A DNA stretch of 40,371 nt from a virus (taxonomy: Duplodnaviria; Caudoviricetes): the IMG/VR virus record IMGVR_UViG_3300017700_000541, positions 1 to 40,371 of that record, one strand, 5' to 3'. The notes below the pieces were generated by a model. It searched no databases. It saw only the letters and a list, made by a program, of their open reading frames with translations, and was not told where the DNA came from. This document shows, in pieces, positions 34,162 through 40,371 of this stretch. The position numbers and the translations under genes are program-made. How positions within the stretch are numbered: the stretch's first letter is position 1; every line of letters begins with the position of its first letter.

Positions 34162-35419
34162 CGTGGCGCGAGTGTTCCAGCCTTTGTTGGCTAGAACCCG
34201 CTACAAGGGCGCTTACGGCGGTCGAGGCTCTGGCAAGTCGCACCACTTTGCCGACCAGATGGTCGCCAAGGCTGTGGCACAGCCGGGCTTCCGGGGCGTG
34301 TGTATCCGGGAAGTCCAGAAAGACCTCAACCAGTCGGCAAAGCGGCTGATCGAGGACAAGATCGCGGCGCACGGCCTCGGCCACCTGTTCGACTGCCAGA
34401 AGGCGGTCACGGTCACGCCGGGCGGCGGGATCATCATCTACCAGGGTATGCAGGACCACACGGCGGACTCTGTGAAGTCGCTGGAGGGGTTCGACGTGGC
34501 GTGGGTCGAAGAGGCCCAGACGCTGTCGCCCCGGTCGCTGACGCTGCTTCGCCCGACCATCCGCAAGCCGGGTTCTGAACTGTGGTTCTCATGGAACCCG
34601 CGCCGGAAGAAAGACCCGGTGGACGTGATGCTCCGGGGCGAGGACACGCCGACTGGTTCGGTCGTTGTCCGCGCTAACTGGTCTGACAATCCGTGGTTCC
34701 CCGCCGAGCTTGAGCAAGAGCGGCTGGACGATCTTCGGATGAAGCCGGATCAGTACGACCATATCTGGGAGGGCGGCTACGAGGCCGTCACCGAGGGTGC
34801 TTACTTCGCCAAGGCTTTGGCACAGGCCAAGTCAGACGGTCGCATCGGTGATGTCGGCAAAGACCCGCTGATGGCCTTGCGGGCTTATTGGGACATCGGC
34901 GGCACGGGTGCGAAGGCTGACGCCACGGCGATCTGGATTTGCCAGTTCATTGGCGAGAAGATCAAGGTGCTGGCCTACTACGAGGCGCAGGGCCAAGACC
35001 TCGCGACCCATATCAACTGGCTGCGTCAGTCGGGCTTCGGTGCGGCTGAGTGCTTCCTGCCCCATGACGGCGCGTCGCACGAAAAGGTGTTCGACGCATC
35101 GTATCAAAGCGCGCTGGAATCGGCGGGCTTCTCGGTTCGGGTGATACCTAATCAGGGGCGTGGAGCAGCCTCACAGCGGATCGAGGCGGTGCGGCGTTGG
35201 TTTGATCGCTGTTGGTTCAACCAGGCCACCACGCAGGCCGGTCTGGATGCGCTCGGTGCCTATCACGAGAAGAAGGACGAAGCCCGAGGGATTGGGCTGG
35301 GTCCGAACCACGATTGGGCCTCTCACGGCTCTGACGCTTTTGGCCTGATGGCCAGCACCTATGAGGAGCCGCGCGTCATGGCTCCAATCCTCACTATTCC
35401 GAACTACGGAGCCGTCTAG
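34145..35419 (+). CDS. terL: Terminase large subunit (PBSX-like, headful type)
   Basis: YGGRGSGKS Walker A, WVEEA Walker B, SWNP, WDIG and HGSDAF motifs. Confidence 0.95.
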   Translation: MIVAPDVARVFQPLLARTRYKGAYGGRGSGKSHHFADQMVAKAVAQPGFRGVCIREVQKDLNQSAKRLIEDKIAAHGLGHLFDCQKAVTVTPGGGIIIYQGMQDHTADSVKSLEGFDVAWVEEAQTLSPRSLTLLRPTIRKPGSELWFSWNPRRKKDPVDVMLRGEDTPTGSVVVRANWSDNPWFPAELEQERLDDLRMKPDQYDHIWEGGYEAVTEGAYFAKALAQAKSDGRIGDVGKDPLMALRAYWDIGGTGAKADATAIWICQFIGEKIKVLAYYEAQGQDLATHINWLRQSGFGAAECFLPHDGASHEKVFDASYQSALESAGFSVRVIPNQGRGAASQRIEAVRRWFDRCWFNQATTQAGLDALGAYHEKKDEARGIGLGPNHDWASHGSDAFGLMASTYEEPRVMAPILTIPNYGAV

Positions 35420-35704
35420 ATGACCTTCACGTCCGCCGTTTACGCAGATCAGCAGGTGGTGACGGCTTCGGCTGTTGCCCTTGCAGTTAGCGGTCAACTC
35501 GTCTCGGGATGCGTCATCCGGGCAGCCCCTGCCAATGCGGGCAAGGTGTTCGTCGGTGGCTCGACCGTGACCGCCACGGACACGGGCGCGGGCAACGGCT
35601 TCGCTCTGGACCCTGGCGCGTCCGTCACTCTCCCGGTCAACCTCGCTCAGTCGGCCCACATCATCGGCACGGCTAACGACATCGTCTATGTGATCGGAGC
35701 CTAA
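35420..35704 (+). CDS. Small beta-rich structural protein (possible head-spike base)
   Basis: 94 aa, abuts the terL stop; beta-strand pattern. Confidence 0.55.
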   Translation: MTFTSAVYADQQVVTASAVALAVSGQLVSGCVIRAAPANAGKVFVGGSTVTATDTGAGNGFALDPGASVTLPVNLAQSAHIIGTANDIVYVIGA

Positions 35705-35708
35705 CGCC

Positions 35709-36470
35709 ATGATGTTGGGTTATTCTTCGGGCGTTGCGGCCAACAAGTCAGCAGTCATTACTGCGAACGAAACGTGGACCGTTCCAAGTGGTGTCAGCCT
35801 GATCCGCCTGAAAATGGTCGGCGCTGGTGCGGGCGGCGGTGGCGGTCATGCCACGGGCGGCGGCGGTGGTGGCGGTGGCCCGGCCTCTGAACTTCTGATG
35901 GATGTTCCGGTCACGCCGGGTTCGGTCCTGACGTTTGTGGTCCCGGCTGGCGGTGCTGGTGGGGCCGTGGGCGCTAACGGGGTGAGCGGTGCTGACACGA
36001 CCGTGTCGGGCGCTTTGGTGCCGGTTCCTCTGGCGCAGGGCGGTTATTTCGGCGCTGCCGGGGCCGCGACGAACGGCGGAAGCGGCGGCTTTGCGGGTCT
36101 TGGCATCAACGGTGTCGGTGCGCTTACTCCGACGCAAGCGGCGGGTGGTGCAGCGGCGGGCGCGAACGGAACGGTTATTCAGGGCGTGGGACCGACGTTC
36201 TGGGGAGGCTCGGGCGCTGCCGGTGCGGGCACTGGCGCGGGCGGCGGCGGATACACTCGCCGGATAAGCGGCGGGCAAGTCTCGGGCGGTACTGGCGTCG
36301 GTGGAGGCGCTGGCGGGTGCTCCTCGCTCGGCCTTGGCGGCGGCGGCGGTAACGCTACGGTCGCGGGTTCGGCAGCGTCTGGTTACGGCTCGGGCGGCGG
36401 CGGCGGCGGTCAGAACGCAGCGGGTGGCGCTGGTTCGCCCGGCGTCGCAATCATCCAGTGGGTCGGCTAG
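35709..36470 (+). CDS. Glycine-rich fibre-like protein
   Basis: TWTVPSGVS...VGAGAGGGG and C-terminal GSPGVAIIQW motifs of Gly-rich virion fibre domains. Confidence 0.7.
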   Translation: MMLGYSSGVAANKSAVITANETWTVPSGVSLIRLKMVGAGAGGGGGHATGGGGGGGGPASELLMDVPVTPGSVLTFVVPAGGAGGAVGANGVSGADTTVSGALVPVPLAQGGYFGAAGAATNGGSGGFAGLGINGVGALTPTQAAGGAAAGANGTVIQGVGPTFWGGSGAAGAGTGAGGGGYTRRISGGQVSGGTGVGGGAGGCSSLGLGGGGGNATVAGSAASGYGSGGGGGGQNAAGGAGSPGVAIIQWVG

Positions 36471-38614
36471 TGAGTGATCGCCTCGCCCTTGTAGCGGACG
36501 AGTTCGCGCGGGCCGTAGGCCGCAGCACGGACGAACTGAATAGCCAACGCGAGAAGGCGCTTCAGTACGTCAAGGGCGTGATGGATGACGTGCCGTCGCT
36601 GCCGGGGCGTTCCTCGGCGTGTTCGACGGACGTGGCTGACGCTATCGAAATGGTCATGCCTGATCTGATCGAGATTTTCACGGGCGAAGACATTGCGACG
36701 TTCATGCCGGTCGGCAAGGACGACGAAGAGGCGGCGCAGCAGGAGACGGATTACGTCAAGCACGTCTTTTTCGAGGAGAACCCCGGCTTCCTGAACCTCT
36801 ACAGCGCGATCAAGGATGCGGTCACGATCAAGACCGGCGTCTTCAAGGCGTGGGGTGAGGAGTACGAGGAGCCGGAAGAAGAGTTTGAAGACCAGTCGAT
36901 CATGCAGTTTGCCTCGGCGGTGCAAAAGCACGGTGACCGGGTCGAACTGAAGTCCGAGCTTGGCGACATTGACGATCCTGAAAACACGGTGGACTTCTGC
37001 ATCCGCAAGAAGGAGAAGTGGCGCGCCTGTGTGATGGCGGTGCCGCCCGAGGACTTCGGCGTGTCGAAGGACACGGTGCGCCTGTCGGAAAGCCCCTATT
37101 GCTTCCACAAGACCCGCCTTCGCGCCTACCAACTGAAGAAGCGCGGCATTGACGCGGCGCTGGTCGATAGCCTCCCGGCTTATGGCGTCATCGACAACCA
37201 GGTGGCCGAAGCGCGCGACCGTGTTGACGAGAACGTGGACGACCGGGGCGGGCTTGGCGATCACCGCATTGTTGAGGTCGTCGAGCATTACCTTGACGGC
37301 CCTGACGGTCGTTACCGCGTCCTTACGGACGGCTCCTCGCTTCAGATGCTTGAGGAGGAAGAGCACCCCGACGTGCCGTTTGCGGCTATCACGCCGTATC
37401 TGGTGCCCCACCAGTTCTACGGCGAGTCAGTCTCCGACCGCCTGATCGAAATCCAGAAGATCAACACCGTCCTGACCCGCATGACGCTCGACAGCGGCTA
37501 TTTCGCCCTGAACCAGCGAATGTATGTCAACATGGACAAGGCGAACGATTGGACGATCTCCGACCTTCTCCGCAACGAGCCGAACGTGCCGGTGCGGGGC
37601 AAGGGGGATAACGCCATCGTGCCGCTGACATCGGGTGGCCTGAGCTTCGACACGCTCTCGGCTATCGAGCATTTCTCCACAATGGGCGAGAAGCGGACAG
37701 GCATCGTTCGCAATGCTCAAGGCCTGAACCCGGATACGCTGCACGACACGGCGCGGGGCGCTCTGGCGCTTATGTCGGAATCGCAGAAGCGCGTTCGCCT
37801 GATCGCCTCGATCCTCGCTCACACCGGGATTAAGGACATCTTCCTTATCCTGCACAAACTGCTTCGCCAGAACGCGACGCAGGCCGCAACGGTTCGACTG
37901 CGTGGCAAGTGGGTTGACGTTGACCCGTCTAGCTGGGGCAACCGCTCCGACATGGTGATCGAAATCGGCACCGGCTCGGCTGGCAAAGAAGCCGAACAGA
38001 TGCGGATGCAAGCCGGTCTAGTCACGATGGAGTCGATCATCGACCGCCAAGGTGGGCTCAACGGCCCGCTGGTGACGCTGGACAACATCCACGCCTATCT
38101 GAAGCGGTATTTCGAGAAGGGCCTCGACTTCAAGTCCGCCGACCCGTTCCTGACCGACCCTGCCGAGCAAGAGGGCCAGCCGCAAGAGCCTAAGCCTGAC
38201 CCGGCGATGCTGGAGGCTCAAGCCAAGCTCCAGATGGCGCAGCAAGAGGCGCAGGCCAAGCAGGAACTGGCGCAACAGCAGGCGATGGCTGACGTGCAAC
38301 TGGCCCAGGTGCGGGCGCAGGCTGACATTGAGACGGCCCGCGCGATTGCTCAAGAGAAGTCCGCCCTTGCCCGTGCCGAAGCTGAGGAGCGCGCCTTGCT
38401 GAAGCGTCAGGAGAACGCGGAGGCCATGCAGATGAAGCGCGAAATGGCCGCGTTCGACCTCCAGCACAAACGCGAAGTGGCGCAGGTGGAGCTTGACCAG
38501 CGAGCGCGTGAGATTGAGCTAGAGGCCATGCTTAAGGCGTCGGCTATCCGCATGAACGCGGAGAGCGAAAGCCAGAAGATCGATGGCTCCACGGTCGGGG
38601 GCGAACCGGGATGA
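36470..38614 (+). CDS. Portal protein (P22/SU10-like) with C-terminal coiled-coil barrel
   Basis: About 714 aa; DEEAAQQETDY, TGVFK, VPPEDF and VRLRGKWV.VDP motifs; Q/A-rich tail. Confidence 0.9.
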   Translation: MSDRLALVADEFARAVGRSTDELNSQREKALQYVKGVMDDVPSLPGRSSACSTDVADAIEMVMPDLIEIFTGEDIATFMPVGKDDEEAAQQETDYVKHVFFEENPGFLNLYSAIKDAVTIKTGVFKAWGEEYEEPEEEFEDQSIMQFASAVQKHGDRVELKSELGDIDDPENTVDFCIRKKEKWRACVMAVPPEDFGVSKDTVRLSESPYCFHKTRLRAYQLKKRGIDAALVDSLPAYGVIDNQVAEARDRVDENVDDRGGLGDHRIVEVVEHYLDGPDGRYRVLTDGSSLQMLEEEEHPDVPFAAITPYLVPHQFYGESVSDRLIEIQKINTVLTRMTLDSGYFALNQRMYVNMDKANDWTISDLLRNEPNVPVRGKGDNAIVPLTSGGLSFDTLSAIEHFSTMGEKRTGIVRNAQGLNPDTLHDTARGALALMSESQKRVRLIASILAHTGIKDIFLILHKLLRQNATQAATVRLRGKWVDVDPSSWGNRSDMVIEIGTGSAGKEAEQMRMQAGLVTMESIIDRQGGLNGPLVTLDNIHAYLKRYFEKGLDFKSADPFLTDPAEQEGQPQEPKPDPAMLEAQAKLQMAQQEAQAKQELAQQQAMADVQLAQVRAQADIETARAIAQEKSALARAEAEERALLKRQENAEAMQMKREMAAFDLQHKREVAQVELDQRAREIELEAMLKASAIRMNAESESQKIDGSTVGGEPG

Positions 38615-38850
38615 ACGCTTCAGAAACCGTCGCTCTCGGTGCTGCCGCAAAGCAGGCCCTCGACATCCTCGACCCGGCAATGGACGCGGTGAAAGCCCAT
38701 ATCGTTGCCAAACTGATCGCCACGTCCCCGGCTGACACGGCCAACATTCTCGGCCTCCACGCCTCGATTCAGGCCGTGGACGCCGCGCGCCAGATGATCG
38801 TGGGCTACATCGCCAACGGCCAGATTGCCGAGCTTTCCACCGAGGCTTAG
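38611..38850 (+). CDS. Small post-portal protein
   Basis: 79 aa, helical, ATGA-coupled. Confidence 0.7.
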   Translation: MNASETVALGAAAKQALDILDPAMDAVKAHIVAKLIATSPADTANILGLHASIQAVDAARQMIVGYIANGQIAELSTEA

Positions 38851-38861
38851 GCCCCGGTCCT

Positions 38862-38885
38862 AGTCGCCAAGCCCTGAGCAGCGAC
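38862..38885 (+). repeat. Late-gene hairpin motif, copy before the scaffold gene
   Basis: AGTCGCCAAGCCCTGAGCAGCGAC. Confidence 0.8.
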
Positions 38886-38901
38886 GCCACCCCGAGAGAC
38901 A

Positions 38902-39918
38902 ATGTCTGACACGTCCCCAGCGACGCGCGAGAGCGTCGTGGCCGAACTCATGGCCGAAGCCCAAGCCCCCGTCATCGAAGGCCAATTTACGGTCGTTGAC
39001 GATGATAAGCCCTCCCCGCAAGCGCCCGTAGAGGCTGCTGAGGCGGAGGCCGAAGAGTCCGACATTCCAGAGGGTGACCAGCCCTCTGACCTCGACGCAC
39101 CGGAGACGGCAAGCGAAGAGGCTGGCGAGGAAGTAGAACCGGATCACCCGGCAATCGAACCCCCGCATTTCTGGTCAGCGGATGCAAAAGCCCGCTTTGC
39201 TGAACTGCCCTACGAACTCCAGCTAGTCGTGCAGGAGAACGAAAAGGCAGGCTCCAAAGCGACCACGCAGAAGCTGGAAGAGGCTGCCCTCGCGAAGAAG
39301 GCGGCGGATGCTAAAGCGGAGGTTCTGGCCTCGCTTGCGGATCGGATCGAGGCGGCGGCTCAACAGGCCGAAACCACGTTCGCGAGCCGCTGGCAGGGCA
39401 TGGGGCCAGCCGCATGGTTGAAGCTGTCACGCGAGAACCCCCAACAATACATCCAACTCAAGGCGCAGTACGAAGCCGAGCATGATGCAGTCCAGCGGGC
39501 ACAGACCGCCAAGGACGCAGCGGAGCAAGTGCGGCGTCAGACTTGGCACACCGAACAGGCTGAAGCTCTCAAGACCCTAGCCCCTGACCTGGTTGATCCG
39601 GTTCGTGGTCAGCAGAACCGCGAGGAACTGCGGACCTACCTGATCTCTAACGGGGTGGCGGAACAAGACATCGCCAACGTCGGCGCGCTGGAAGTCACCG
39701 TAGCTTGGAAGGCCATGCAGTTCGACAAACTGCAAGCCCTGAAGCCCACCCTGAAATCACAGCCGAAAGCAGCCCTGCGACCCGCAGCGGCTCCCCCGGC
39801 AGTTCCCTCCGCGCAGCGCGAAATCCAAACCCTCAAGAACCGGTTTGCCCAGACAGGCAGTCGGGAGGACGCGGTCGCGCTCATGCTCGCTGAAGAGCGA
39901 GTGAAAGGCAGAAAATAG
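38902..39918 (+). CDS. Capsid scaffolding protein
   Basis: Acidic N-terminus, long helices, C-terminal TGSREDAVAL; immediately before the capsid gene. Confidence 0.85.
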   Translation: MSDTSPATRESVVAELMAEAQAPVIEGQFTVVDDDKPSPQAPVEAAEAEAEESDIPEGDQPSDLDAPETASEEAGEEVEPDHPAIEPPHFWSADAKARFAELPYELQLVVQENEKAGSKATTQKLEEAALAKKAADAKAEVLASLADRIEAAAQQAETTFASRWQGMGPAAWLKLSRENPQQYIQLKAQYEAEHDAVQRAQTAKDAAEQVRRQTWHTEQAEALKTLAPDLVDPVRGQQNREELRTYLISNGVAEQDIANVGALEVTVAWKAMQFDKLQALKPTLKSQPKAALRPAAAPPAVPSAQREIQTLKNRFAQTGSREDAVALMLAEERVKGRK

Positions 39919-40371
39919 ATGACCGTTCCCTCGAATACCCAACAGACCTACGCGACCGTTGGCAATCGCGAAGACCTCGAAAACAAAATCTACAAGATCG
40001 CCGCCAACAAGACCCCGTTCACGTCGAACATCGGCAAAGAGAAGGCGTCCTCGACCTATCACGAGTGGCAGACCTTCTCGCTGCGTAGCCCGTCCGGCGA
40101 CAACAAGCAGGTCCAGGGCGACACGACCGCCGCCACCGCCGTCAAGACCACGACCCGCGTTGGCAACCGCAGCCAAATCTTCAAAGAAATGGGTTCGGTC
40201 TCGGGCACCCAAGAGGCCATGGACCATGCGGGTGTCGCCTCCGAACTGGCGTGGCAGAAGGTCCAGAAGGGCGAGGAACTGGCGACGGACATCGAAGCCC
40301 GTATGCTCGGCAACTATGCCTCGGTCGTAGGTGATGCCTCGACCGCTGCTGAATCGGCTGGCGCTCTGGCA
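39919..40371 (+). CDS. Major capsid protein, N-terminal part (runs through the contig end)
   Basis: MTVPSNT...GNREDL..IY.I....TPF...HEWQT motif; no stop before the end. Confidence 0.9.
   Translation, partial: MTVPSNTQQTYATVGNREDLENKIYKIAANKTPFTSNIGKEKASSTYHEWQTFSLRSPSGDNKQVQGDTTAATAVKTTTRVGNRSQIFKEMGSVSGTQEAMDHAGVASELAWQKVQKGEELATDIEARMLGNYASVVGDASTAAESAGALA
40249..40371 (+). repeat. 123-bp terminal direct repeat (copy 2)
   Basis: Identical to 1-123. Confidence 0.95.

Noticed and set aside
35709-36470. GGC-rich repeats as a repeat array or CRISPR
   Set aside because: They are glycine codons in a Gly-rich protein; no repeat-spacer periodicity was seen in the window
36467-37411. 314-aa minus-strand ORF
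   Set aside because: Antisense shadow of the portal gene

Overview
The window is an apparently complete temperate phage genome of about 40,248 bp. It is circularly permuted and opened inside the major capsid gene, and nt 1-123 equal nt 40249-40371. The podovirus-type layout is: terminase, P22-like portal, scaffold, capsid, adaptor/nozzle, ejection proteins and an SGNH-esterase tailspike, with no tape measure gene. Other modules are a lysis cassette (holins, M15 endolysin, Rz/Rz1), a tyrosine integrase with attP, a leftward recombination operon (Rad52-like, SSB, NinB, HNH), a cI/cro switch with 17-bp operators, and a rightward operon (RusA, GcrA, DnaB, initiator with iterons, putative late regulator). 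High GC, GcrA and an alphaproteobacterial LexA box point to a Caulobacterales-like host (inference). The most unusual signals are: a SymR-like antisense RNA over the start of a GIY-YIG nuclease gene; a repeated AAGCCnnGAGCA hairpin before three late genes; paired DnaA boxes between gcrA and dnaB; an attP carrying the 5' half of tRNA-Lys; a GcrA with a duplicated DNA-binding domain; and an ART-like effector heading the late operon. All assignments are by eye and from recalled family motifs; no searches were run.
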